Assembly (NCBI GenBank): GCA_020184695.1
Contig: JAANOX010000150.1
Location: 1-64,000 of the forward strand
Direction of reading: 5' to 3'
DNA: 64,000 nucleotides
Source of the DNA: Histomonas meleagridis 2922-C6/04-290x
Taxonomy: Eukaryota; Protista; Parabasalia
Shown: in pieces, positions 29,886-39,970 of the stretch
Position numbering within the stretch: position 1 is the first letter of the stretch
How the letters are laid out: each line of letters opens with the position of its first letter
The notes under the pieces: model-generated
The model's input: only the letters and a program-made list of their open reading frames with translations
Database searches by the model: none
What the model was told of the DNA's origin: nothing
Position numbers and translations under genes: made by a program

Positions 29886-30395
29886 ATGGCCAGCTTATGG
29901 TGGTCGCTCATAAAGGTTGTTGGAATCATGGCTGTTTTCGAAGGAAAAGCACTTGATAGTCTTTTAGTTGCTAGGAAGCTTGCACGTTTTTGTCCTACTT
30001 CTCTTTCTATTGATGATTTTCGTTCTCTTTCAAATGAGGAATCAAAAAATAAAAAACGTACAACACGTGTTACCTTCATACCACCTTCTTCAAGTGTTTC
30101 TGCAATAAGTGAAAACGTAAAGAAAACCCATGTTTCTGGATCTCCTCGTCGCTTTGCTTGTTTAATGAATGATATCAAACAAGAAAAAGAGCAAAAGAAC
30201 TTTGTTCAAATGAAATACGAACTCCCAAATATGGTACGGATCAACACACCTTCAAAATCAGTTCAGCCAATTATGGCTGTTTCACTTTCTTGCAATGATT
30301 TACAGAAGGAAACTGCAGAAGAAAAGGGTGATTATCCCTTATTTTACAAGAAAGTATCTTCTGGTGAAACTTCAAATCAATCTGAAAGCGAATAA
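29886..30395 (+). CDS. Hypothetical protein
   Basis: 169-aa ORF with no recognisable domain; start may be the ATG at 29928. Confidence 0.5.
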   Translation: MASLWWSLIKVVGIMAVFEGKALDSLLVARKLARFCPTSLSIDDFRSLSNEESKNKKRTTRVTFIPPSSSVSAISENVKKTHVSGSPRRFACLMNDIKQEKEQKNFVQMKYELPNMVRINTPSKSVQPIMAVSLSCNDLQKETAEEKGDYPLFYKKVSSGETSNQSESE

Positions 30396-30709
30396 ATGTT
30401 GTTGTTTTCGAATATCATTTCAATTGGGATTCTGCATTGCGATGAATGTGTTTATCTATGTTTTGAGATGAGTTTTTTTTTATTTTTTAGAAATTATATT
30501 GAGAACAATATGCACTTTTGGTATAAACCATTTGGGTTAATTGTACGAATAACCGTTTTTTGATCATTTTAAATTATCCTTAATGAGGATATGTTACCAC
30601 TTTTTGAAAAAAAATGACAACGATTCAATGTGGGCAAAAAATGAAATTCAATGTGGGCAATCACATTTCTTAATTCAAAATAAAAATCTCAACAAATCAT
30701 AAAAGCAAA

Positions 30710-33700
30710 ATGTTCTTATTGCAATCTATGCTAATTGGTATAATTGCAAGTCATTCATTGCATGCTTGCCTCACAAGGCCTAAGACTCAGTCATTTGGAA
30801 TACCTACTTATAATTTCAATATTAAACAAATATTTCAAAAGATTTTACCAACGAAGAACACAAGAAGTTTGAATGATCACCAAAATTCTCAAATTTTTAG
30901 GCAATGTAAAAGTAACGAGATTGAAAAAATTGATGACTTTTTATTAGTTAATTTTTATTTAATGTTTTTGATTTTGTTTTTAATTAATAATGTAACTTCT
31001 GAAAAGCATAATTTCAAAGAAAAATTAAATGACATTTTACATTTTTTCATTATATTATTTCCCATTTATTCATTAGAAGAATTTAGTGAAGATACAGAAA
31101 CATTAATTCTTTACAACTCAAATGAGTTTTCACAAGGTTATTATGGAATAGCGAAACATATTATTATTGGTGGTAACATCACATATATTCCATATGCTTC
31201 TTTTCAGCGATGGCTTATTGTTTCTGCCGAAATTGGATCATCTGTTAAAACAATTGGAGCATATGCATTTTCTGCATGTTCACAATTAGGCACACTTAAA
31301 ATTGGTGAAAATGTTGAACAAATTGGACAATTTAGTTTTCTCTCATGTACAACATTAATGAATATAATAATTCCAGATCAAGTTTATTTAATTGAAAAGT
31401 CTGCTTTTAAGTCATGTGCATTATTAGAAACTATTACATTCGGGAAGAAACTTCAAACAATTGAAGAGTTTTCATTTTATTTTTGTTCTTCGTTGAAACA
31501 TTTAGAAATACCAAACTCGGTTACATCCATAGGTTATGCGGCATTTGCAGCATGTCATTCATTACAATACATTAGTGTTTCCAAAGAAAATCAAATTTAT
31601 TATAGTGATGAACATGATGGAATCCTTTATAATAAAGATATGACAACAATAATAAGTTATCCTGCAGGAAAAGAAGATAAAGAATTTCGAATTAAAGATT
31701 CGATAACTATTGTTTGGAATTATTCATTTTTTTATTGCGAAGAAATAATTAAAATTATAATTCCTGATTCAGTAATAACTATTGGCGATTTTGCATTTAA
31801 TACTTGTACTAAATTAGAAACAATTGAAATAGGTAATAAAATAGTATCAATTGGGAAAAGTTCATTTCTTTTATGTTCTTCATTAAAGAATATAATTATA
31901 CCAAATAAAGTTACGAAAATTGAATATTGCACATTTTTATATTGCACTAATTTAACGAAAGTAACTTTCACAGGAGAAAATTTAAAGGAAATTGATGAAG
32001 ATGGATTTTCTTCATGTTCTGAATTACGAGAAATTATACTTCCTAATTCAATTACTATCATTGGTAATAATGCATTTAATTCTTGTTCAAGATTAGAAAC
32101 AATTCAAATCGGTAACAAAGTTGAAAAAATTGGAACTTTTGCATTTTTCTTATGTTTATATTTAAGGAACATTACTATACCTAAAGAAATTACATCAATT
32201 GATTATGGTACATTTTGGTATTGTGAACAATTAACGAAAGTAATTTTCGAAGGAAATAATATCCTTAAAATTGATGATCATGGTTTTTCAGCATGTACAT
32301 ATTTAACTAACATTACTATACCTAATTCAGTTGTATCTATTGGAAATCATGCGTTTTCTTCATGTGCATTTTTACCTAATTTTGTTATACCAAATAATGT
32401 TAAAACTATTGGTAATAATGCATTTGATACATGTTTTGAAATGAAGGAAATTATTATTGGAGAAAGTGTTGAAACAATTGGAGATTATGCATTTGTTGAT
32501 TGTTTAGAACTAAGAAATATTATTATACCTGATTCTGTTAAAACAATTGGTACATATGCATTTAATACATGTTATTATTGTGAAAAATTAATCATTGGTA
32601 ATAATGTAGAAACTATTGGTGATGATGCATTTGGTACTTGTAAAAACTTATTAACAATAATTATTGGTAATAATGTTAAAAGAATTGGTTCAAGAGCTTT
32701 TTATTTATGTAATTTACTCGAAAATTTTACAACTTTAAATGTTGAATATGTTGGCGATAGTTGTTTCTTACAATGTAAATGTTTAAAATTTGTTTCATTT
32801 CCAAAACTTAAAATATGTTCTGAGAAATGTTTTGCTGAATGTATCTCATTAAAGACCATAAATTTACCTATAGTTGAAGAAATAGGAGTTTCATCTTTTT
32901 CTTCTTGTTCAAGTTTAGAATCTATTGATTTCCAAAATGTTAAAATAATTAATGACTTAGCATTTTCGAATTGTTTTTCATTAATATCAATAAATTTAAT
33001 AAAAGTGGAAAAAATTGGTGATAAAGCATTTTCCAATTGTTTCTATTTAAAAAATTGTACATTTCCAAACTTAATTGAAGCAGGAAGTCATTTATTTGAG
33101 AAATGTGATTCTTTTGAATTATTTGATGCACCTAAGTTACGAATATGTAATAGTTATTTATTCCAAGGACAAAATGTTATAACTGATTTCTCATTACCTA
33201 ATTTAGAAGTTGCTCCTGAGTATTTATTTTCGAATCAAAAGATCCAAAATTTATATTTACCTAAATGTAATGAATTAAAAGATTCATGTTTTGAGAATTC
33301 GATCTTTATGTCAACACAACAAATTCAAGAATTCCAATTAAACGTCACAAGGATTGGCTACAAATGTTTTTATAAATGTGAATGTTCTAATGCCGTTTTA
33401 CATATGCCTTATTTATTATATGCAGGTTCTTATTCATTTTCTAATTGTAAGTCAGTTATAAACTTTGATTTCCCATCATTAAAGTATATCAATGATTCAG
33501 CATTTAAGAATTGTACACAATTAATTTATATTGATTTACCTAATTTAGAGTATCTTGGTAATGAAGTTTTCATTGGTACAAATCTTAAAAGGTTTTATTC
33601 ATCAGAATTATATGAAATTGGTAATAAATGTTTTAAAGATCTCGAATTACTTGAAGATATTAATATCCCAAATGTTTTATATTTAGGTGATGAATGTTTT

Positions 33701-34930
33701 ATGAACACTGGAATTAAAAACATTAATTTCCCGAATATTAAAAAAATTGGAACAAAATGTTTTGCGAATTGTAATAAAATTATATATTTCAAAAGTAATA
33801 TCATAAATATTTATAATGGTGCATTTGAATCATGTCTAAATCTTGAATCAATTTCTTTCCCTAATTTAATAGAAATTAATTCTTCTTTATTTTCTAATTG
33901 TATTAAATTAAAATATATAAATATTCCAAACTTAAAAACAATTGGCGATCATTCGTTTTATAATTGTTATGAATTAAATTACATTGATTTTCCAAATGTT
34001 ATACAAATTGGTACTTCAGCATTTGAAAAATGTATAAATATTTCTGATTTTAATTTACCTAAACTTCAAACTATTGGTAGTTACACATTTAAAGATTGTT
34101 ATTCACTAACAAATATTACATTAAATATCGAAGGACCACTTCTCGAATCAATGTTTGAAAATTGTATAAATATCGAAACAATTAATTTACCAAATGTGAT
34201 TAATATCGAAACAAAATGTTTTCGAAATTGTCATAAATTAAGAAATATTTCATTAGATAATACTTTAAGAATTGAATCGTTTGCATTTTGTAATTGTTAT
34301 TCAATCGAAAAACTCGAACTAAAAAACTTAAACACAATTTATAATAATGCATTCGAAAATTGTACTTCTTTAAAGATTGTAATTTTCGAACAATTATCGA
34401 AATTCGTCGGTGATGAATGTTTTAAAGGTTGTTCACAACTTTCATTAATACATTTCCCTGCTTTATATACAGCACCGTTACAAGCAATGAACATTTTCGA
34501 AGATTGTTCTTCATTAGAAATCGTTTCATTTCCTGAAGAACCTCCTAGTTTAAATTCAAACGTTTTCAATAGCACCAAAAGAAACATCATTCAAAAAGTC
34601 GGAATTTCCGTTTATAATATCACTTTGTGTTTACCTTATGAAAAAAATTATGCAACTTATAATGCAAATAATACGAATAAATGGAATAACATCCTCGCAT
34701 TGAAACCTGACGATTACAATTTAATATGTACTTTTAAGAAAGAATCAGAAAAAAATCAAAACAAAAATATTCCAATTATTATCGGAGTTGTAGTTGGTGT
34801 CGCACTGCTTGCTGTAATTGTTGTCATTTCTGTCTTGTTATATAGAAAAAATAAAATGCATCTAAATTTGTTGGACGAAATGCAAAACCAGAGCGAATTA
34901 TATGAAGGATTACCACTCGACTTTGGATAA
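30710..34930 (+). CDS. BspA-like TpLRR (LRR_5) surface protein with C-terminal TM
   Basis: Dozens of I.IP.SV..IG..AF..C..L and .LPN...IG...F..C repeats, TM IIIGVVVGVALLAVIVVISVLLY; true start probably at or after about 30960. Confidence 0.92.
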   Translation: MFLLQSMLIGIIASHSLHACLTRPKTQSFGIPTYNFNIKQIFQKILPTKNTRSLNDHQNSQIFRQCKSNEIEKIDDFLLVNFYLMFLILFLINNVTSEKHNFKEKLNDILHFFIILFPIYSLEEFSEDTETLILYNSNEFSQGYYGIAKHIIIGGNITYIPYASFQRWLIVSAEIGSSVKTIGAYAFSACSQLGTLKIGENVEQIGQFSFLSCTTLMNIIIPDQVYLIEKSAFKSCALLETITFGKKLQTIEEFSFYFCSSLKHLEIPNSVTSIGYAAFAACHSLQYISVSKENQIYYSDEHDGILYNKDMTTIISYPAGKEDKEFRIKDSITIVWNYSFFYCEEIIKIIIPDSVITIGDFAFNTCTKLETIEIGNKIVSIGKSSFLLCSSLKNIIIPNKVTKIEYCTFLYCTNLTKVTFTGENLKEIDEDGFSSCSELREIILPNSITIIGNNAFNSCSRLETIQIGNKVEKIGTFAFFLCLYLRNITIPKEITSIDYGTFWYCEQLTKVIFEGNNILKIDDHGFSACTYLTNITIPNSVVSIGNHAFSSCAFLPNFVIPNNVKTIGNNAFDTCFEMKEIIIGESVETIGDYAFVDCLELRNIIIPDSVKTIGTYAFNTCYYCEKLIIGNNVETIGDDAFGTCKNLLTIIIGNNVKRIGSRAFYLCNLLENFTTLNVEYVGDSCFLQCKCLKFVSFPKLKICSEKCFAECISLKTINLPIVEEIGVSSFSSCSSLESIDFQNVKIINDLAFSNCFSLISINLIKVEKIGDKAFSNCFYLKNCTFPNLIEAGSHLFEKCDSFELFDAPKLRICNSYLFQGQNVITDFSLPNLEVAPEYLFSNQKIQNLYLPKCNELKDSCFENSIFMSTQQIQEFQLNVTRIGYKCFYKCECSNAVLHMPYLLYAGSYSFSNCKSVINFDFPSLKYINDSAFKNCTQLIYIDLPNLEYLGNEVFIGTNLKRFYSSELYEIGNKCFKDLELLEDINIPNVLYLGDECFMNTGIKNINFPNIKKIGTKCFANCNKIIYFKSNIINIYNGAFESCLNLESISFPNLIEINSSLFSNCIKLKYINIPNLKTIGDHSFYNCYELNYIDFPNVIQIGTSAFEKCINISDFNLPKLQTIGSYTFKDCYSLTNITLNIEGPLLESMFENCINIETINLPNVINIETKCFRNCHKLRNISLDNTLRIESFAFCNCYSIEKLELKNLNTIYNNAFENCTSLKIVIFEQLSKFVGDECFKGCSQLSLIHFPALYTAPLQAMNIFEDCSSLEIVSFPEEPPSLNSNVFNSTKRNIIQKVGISVYNITLCLPYEKNYATYNANNTNKWNNILALKPDDYNLICTFKKESEKNQNKNIPIIIGVVVGVALLAVIVVISVLLYRKNKMHLNLLDEMQNQSELYEGLPLDFG

Positions 34931-35275
34931 GATGCAGCTTATTCCGATGGGTAAAAAACATATGTAAACAACAAATGTGACTAAAAAAAATTTTTTTTAT
35001 TAATGATTTTCAACATAAAACAGGTGTAACCAAGCTGATGCATAAAATAATTATTAAGCCATATGTTAAATATGAAATGAAAATTTGATAAACAATGTGA
35101 AATAGGAAAAATGAATGAAAATATCAGTTTTATAATACATGTGCAAATTAATACCAGAGCTGACATAGAATTTTCCCGATCGAAATCGTTCATAGTATAA
35201 TTAATAAATTAAAAAAAAAAAAAAAAATATAATGTTAAAAAGAAAAGTCTATTTTGATTTTTTAAGATTTACACA

Positions 35276-35407
35276 TTATCTATTACCAAAAAAAGAAATT
35301 TTTTTTTTCGTCAATGACGGCCTTACAATTGATGGCTTTTGTGCTTTTCTCTTTAATAAATTTACCATTTCTTTGTTTCCTTTTTTAGATGCAAGCATAA
35401 TTGCTGT
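35276..35407 (-). other. Ankyrin locus 1, terminal cassette plus C-terminal tail
   Basis: TAIMLASKKGNKEMVNLLKRKAQKPSIVRPSLTKKKISFFGNR*. Confidence 0.75.
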
Positions 35408-35647
35408 GAGAAATAATTTGAAAAATTTTCAAATAAAATTTTGATATTTCAAGTTTTTTAAATAAATATTAAATCATTAAAGCTAACTTTAAATTACAAA
35501 AACACATTTTAAAATATAGGAAAAAATATCAAAATATTAAAACATACCTGAAATAATCAAAACCAATATCAAATTATTGAAACAAATTACAAACTATTAA
35601 AATATATTTCAAAATGTATTAAGAAATTTTAAATTACACATACAAAA

Positions 35648-35737
35648 ATAAATAATATTAATATCAATTCCATTTTTGTTTAAAAGTAATTTAAATATAT
35701 CCATATCGTTTGCATTAATTGCCATATGAAGTGCTGT
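35648..35737 (-). other. Ankyrin locus 1, 90-nt cassette 4
   Basis: TALHMAINANDMDIFKLLLNKNGIDINIIY, stop-free. Confidence 0.85.
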
Positions 35738-36177
35738 TCCAAATGATTAAAACAAATTTTAAATCAATAAAATGTATATCAAATAATTAAAATCAATATA
35801 AAATCAGCAAAACAAATTTGAAATTATTATATGAAATATATAATTTCCAAAATAAATCTTAAATCATTAAAAGAAATGCGAAATCATTAAAATCAATATA
35901 AAATCATCAAAACAAACTCTAAACAACAATAATAAATTTCAAATTATAAAAATAAATTTCAAATTAATAATATCAATATAAAATTAATCAATCAAATATA
36001 AAATTATTAATACAAACATAAAATCATCAAAATAAACTCTAAACAATTACAATAAACCCAAAAAATCAAAATCAAATTTTAAATTATTAATACAAACATA
36101 AAATTATTATACCAAAATTTAAATTGTTCAAACAAATAGAAAATTATTATAATCAATTTCAAATGATATAAATAAAA

Positions 36178-36267
36178 ATATATTGCATTAACATTAATAC
36201 TATTTTGATTTAACAGTAATTTAACTATATCCAAATCCTTATCTCTTATTGCTAAATGAAGTGCTGT
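36178..36267 (-). other. Ankyrin locus 1, 90-nt cassette 3
   Basis: TALHLAIRDKDLDIVKLLLNQNSINVNAIY, stop-free. Confidence 0.85.
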
Positions 36268-36650
36268 ACAAAAACATTAAAACAAATTTTATTTGAATAA
36301 AATAAATATCAAATAATATAAACAAATATTAAAACATTAAAATAAATATCAAATCAATAAAATATATATAAAATCATTAGAACAAATAATAAAATGTTAA
36401 AACAAACTATAAATCATAAAAACAAATTTCGAATTATTAAAACAGATACAAAAATTATAAAACAAATATCAAATTATTAAAACAAATGTCAAATATCTAA
36501 AAGAAATAAATAAAAATCATATAAACAAATTTCAAATCATAAATATAAATATCAAACAAACAAAATAATTTTTAAATTATTATATCAAAATTTAAATTGT
36601 TTAAACAAATATAAAATTATTTTAATCAATTTCAAATGATATAAATAAAA

Positions 36651-36740
36651 ATATATTGCATTAACATCAATTCCATTTTGATTTAAAAGCAATTTAACTA
36701 TTTCCAAATTATTACGTTGTACTGCTAAATGTAGTGCTGT
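36651..36740 (-). other. Ankyrin locus 1, 90-nt cassette 2
   Basis: TALHLAVQRNNLEIVKLLLNQNGIDVNAIY, stop-free. Confidence 0.85.
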
Positions 36741-37146
36741 AGCAAATCATTAAAACAAATTTTATATTAATAAAACAAATATGAAATATTCATAACAAAT
36801 ATAAAATCATCAAAACAAATTTCTAATGAGTAAAACAAACACAAAAATATTAAAACAAATTCCAATTTATTAAAACAAATCTCAAATCATCAAAGCAAAC
36901 ATAAAACTCTTAAAACAAATATCAAAGCATCAAAGCAAACACAAAACTCTTAAAACAAACATCAAATTACCAAAGTTAATACCAAATTTCTCAAACAAAT
37001 CACAAAACATCAAAACAAACATACTTACTCATTAAATAAAACAAACTTTAAACAAGTCAAACAAATTATAAGTTCAATAAAAAGATCTTAAATCGATTAA
37101 ACAAACATAAAATTATTTAAAATGACTTCAAATCATATTAATAAAT
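36741..37146 (-). repeat. Degenerate 20-nt tandem array (ankyrin spacer); similar arrays at 35408-35647, 35738-36177, 36268-36650
   Basis: 14 in-register units over 36741-37020, minus-strand consensus about RTTTGTTTTRATGATTTNNN. Confidence 0.9.
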
Positions 37147-37236
37147 AGTTATTGCATTAATATCAATTCCTTTTTGTTCTAAAAGAAATTTAACAATGTG
37201 AGTGTTATCATATTTTGTTGCCCAATAAAGTGCTGT
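37147..37236 (-). other. Ankyrin locus 1, 90-nt cassette 1
   Basis: TALYWATKYDNTHIVKFLLEQKGIDINAIT, stop-free. Confidence 0.85.
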
Positions 37237-37270
37237 TCCATATAATCACAACAAGTTTGATAATATTAAA

Positions 37271-38350
37271 TCATATATTATTATAATTAATATCAATTCC
37301 TTTTTGTTTAAGGACATATTTAACAAGTTCAAGATTCTTTGACATTGCTGAAGAAATTAATAAATCTTTCGGAATTTGATTATTTTCGACAAATTGTTGA
37401 ATAATAAAAAAATCGCCTAAACTCGCTATTACATTAATAATTTCATTATTAATTTCCATTCCTTCTTTAACCATATACGAAAAAATATCATAATTCATAT
37501 AAGTTATACATAATAGAGTTATACTAAAAACATTAATATTTTCAATTTTATTTTCATAAAGATATTTGAAGATATTATTTCGATGAAATTGAATTGCTGT
37601 TTCAAATGCATCTTCAAATGATGAATGATTTTGTTCACACAAATGAATAATTTCTTCATTTCCACCTGCAACTGCATATTTACCTGTGTTTTTTACATTA
37701 GCACCATTCATAAGTAAATATTTAAAACATTTAATAGATGAAAAAAATGCTGCATAATCAATTAATGTAACATAGCTTTGATTAATAAAATCACATCTTT
37801 CATAAGGTGATGGCACAATTGTTTGTTTAAAATTAAAATCATTTTGTGATGATATTTCTTGAAGTTTTTCGATTTCATCATTTCGTATTATTTTCGCAAT
37901 TTCATTCGGATTAACACCTTCATCAAATAGTTTCTTCTGCTTTTCAAATTTATCTTCTGGCATATAAAAAAAATCTTTTAATTCTAACATACAACTTCTT
38001 TTGATTAATTTTCGTTTTGCTATTTTTAATATTAGATAATATACTTGGTTTTGATGTAAATGATAAAAAAATTGCACGAAATATAAACAATAAATAAAAA
38101 GATCAATGATTTGAGGATTATTTTTGCTAATTTTTTGTTCGTGCTTTTGAATTGCTTCCAAATAATCTAAATAAATATCATATTCGTTCCTTTGTGCATA
38201 AAAAGCAAAGAAAACTAACTTACAGATAGTAAAATTGAATGAAAATGGATAATTAAGATCATATAAATTCATTGTTTGTTCAACCAATAACTCAAAATCA
38301 AATTTATTTAAGTTAAAAATAATGTTTTCTAGGGCTGTTTGTGTTATCAA
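37271..38350 (-). CDS. DUF3447-type/ankyrin protein, N-terminal portion (start uncertain)
   Basis: IIRND.IEKLQEI, LIDYAAFFSSIKCFKYL, YAVAGGNEEIIHLCEQ, AIQFHRN, then an ankyrin ending KGIDINYNNI*; the track start is TTG. Confidence 0.75.
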   Translation of the reverse strand: MITQTALENIIFNLNKFDFELLVEQTMNLYDLNYPFSFNFTICKLVFFAFYAQRNEYDIYLDYLEAIQKHEQKISKNNPQIIDLFIYCLYFVQFFYHLHQNQVYYLILKIAKRKLIKRSCMLELKDFFYMPEDKFEKQKKLFDEGVNPNEIAKIIRNDEIEKLQEISSQNDFNFKQTIVPSPYERCDFINQSYVTLIDYAAFFSSIKCFKYLLMNGANVKNTGKYAVAGGNEEIIHLCEQNHSSFEDAFETAIQFHRNNIFKYLYENKIENINVFSITLLCITYMNYDIFSYMVKEGMEINNEIINVIASLGDFFIIQQFVENNQIPKDLLISSAMSKNLELVKYVLKQKGIDINYNNI

Positions 38351-38686
38351 GGTTACTTATCAGAAGAAAAAAAAATTAACTTTTATAATAAAACATAGAA
38401 AACCCAACATACGATAGAAAAATTTAATTACTTGGGGGTAGCCCTACCATATGTCTATTTACATCAAAAAAACTGCCCTTTCGTTGTATAAATGTGACTG
38501 TCTCAAAAGACAAATTCGATTCAAAAATTGAATTGTCATAAACTTAGATTGTTGAGTTTATTTTGGAACTTCGGAAAAAGTCATGTTTGGCCAGTGTGGG
38601 CGAGGTTTTTCATATCAAATTTCTTGATTTTGCGGTTTCTGTGAATTTTGAATGCGTTTGATCCATGCCGGGCCCATTTCGAGGGG

Positions 38687-39970
38687 ATGACGTCAGCAAT
38701 ACCCGGGTTCTTTAAGCTATCAATTGAAGATCGATTGAAGCATATCTCGGGATTTTGTGACCTCTCTGATGAGGACCAAACAGCCCTTCGCTCTATAGAT
38801 CTTTGTCTTAACGATCAAACATGTGAAACAATGATTGAAAATTTCATAACTCGCCATGTGACACCAATAGGAGTTGCCACTAACTTCATTATTGATGGTA
38901 AGGATCGTCTTATCCCTTATGCTACTGAAGAACCAAGTGTTATTGCAGGAGCATCTTTTGCCGCCAAACTAGCAAGGCCTTCAGGTGGCTTCACTACCGC
39001 AGCGGGACAAAATATATGCTCTGGGCAGACAGTTTTTCTATCACCATCCACAAATTCAAATGCAAAATCTCAATTAGAATCAATAATTCCAGAAATTATC
39101 GAAGTATCAAACTCTACTATGCCATCTATGATCAAGCGTAACTGCGGTACCGAGAAAGTCAACATCAAAGAAGTCGAAACTGAGTCAGGAAATATGATAA
39201 TTGTAGAATTACATATATCTGTAGGTGATTCTATGGGTGCAAATTGTGTTACTCAAGCATGTGAAGCTGTTAAAACCTACATTCAGAAGAAACTCGGACT
39301 TGAGCCACTTATGGGAATATTAACAAATCTTTCATCCAGGCGTATAGTCTATGCTCAAGCCAAGTGGCGTATCAGTGATCTTGGATCCAAATCATATGAT
39401 GGGTATGAAGTTGCCAATCGTATTATCATGGCCGCTAATCTTGCCAAAGTTGATCCATATCGTGCAGCAACACATCGCAAAGGCATTATGAATGGAATTT
39501 CTGCTGTTGTTTCTGTCACTGGCAATGATACTCGAGCAGTTGAATCAGCGATACATTCATATGCATCACTTGAAGGCTCTAATCCCGCGCTAACTCAATT
39601 TCGAATTGTTGATCAAGAACTCATTGGCGAGATACGCTTACCGATACCAGTTGGAACAGTTGGCGGATCAATAAATCGAAATAGTGCAGTCAAGACATTT
39701 CGTAAAATGATGAAAGTAGAGACAGCAAATGAACTTGCGCGAGTCATTGCAGCTGTCGGTTTAGCACAAAACTTTGCTGCATTACGTGCACTTGTTACAC
39801 AAGGAATCTGTGAAGGACATATGAAGTTACACAGCCGAAACATTGCATGTGAAGCCGGTGCTGTTGGTGATGATGTCGAAAAAGTTGCACAAAAGTTAGT
39901 GCAAACGGGTGCAATCACAGTGACGAATGCAAAAGAGGTACTTAGGCAATTACATTGTCAACTGACTTGA
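38687..39970 (+). CDS. HMGR: Class II (bacterial-type) HMG-CoA reductase
   Basis: GFFKLSIEDRL, MIENF, EEPSVIA, GDSMGAN, KGIMNGI, GNDTRAVE, GTVGG, GLAQNFAALRAL, GHMKLH.RNIA; ATG at 38687. Confidence 0.93.
   Translation: MTSAIPGFFKLSIEDRLKHISGFCDLSDEDQTALRSIDLCLNDQTCETMIENFITRHVTPIGVATNFIIDGKDRLIPYATEEPSVIAGASFAAKLARPSGGFTTAAGQNICSGQTVFLSPSTNSNAKSQLESIIPEIIEVSNSTMPSMIKRNCGTEKVNIKEVETESGNMIIVELHISVGDSMGANCVTQACEAVKTYIQKKLGLEPLMGILTNLSSRRIVYAQAKWRISDLGSKSYDGYEVANRIIMAANLAKVDPYRAATHRKGIMNGISAVVSVTGNDTRAVESAIHSYASLEGSNPALTQFRIVDQELIGEIRLPIPVGTVGGSINRNSAVKTFRKMMKVETANELARVIAAVGLAQNFAALRALVTQGICEGHMKLHSRNIACEAGAVGDDVEKVAQKLVQTGAITVTNAKEVLRQLHCQLT

Noticed and set aside
30623-30660. 15-bp direct repeat ATTCAATGTGGGCAA x2 upstream of the BspA-like gene
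   Set aside because: Only two copies and no further support; could be a regulatory site but cannot be distinguished from a chance microduplication.
35232-35444. Plus-strand 70-aa ORF (likewise 63056-63304)
   Set aside because: Antisense shadows of ankyrin cassettes on the minus strand.
35408-37276. Canonical spliceosomal (GT-AG or AT-AC) introns as the explanation of the ankyrin spacers
   Set aside because: No GT/AG or AT/AC pair at frame-restoring positions and no ACTAAC branch motif. The only consistent AG lies inside the conserved Thr-Ala codons (ACA-G) and is absent in one cassette (ACC-G).
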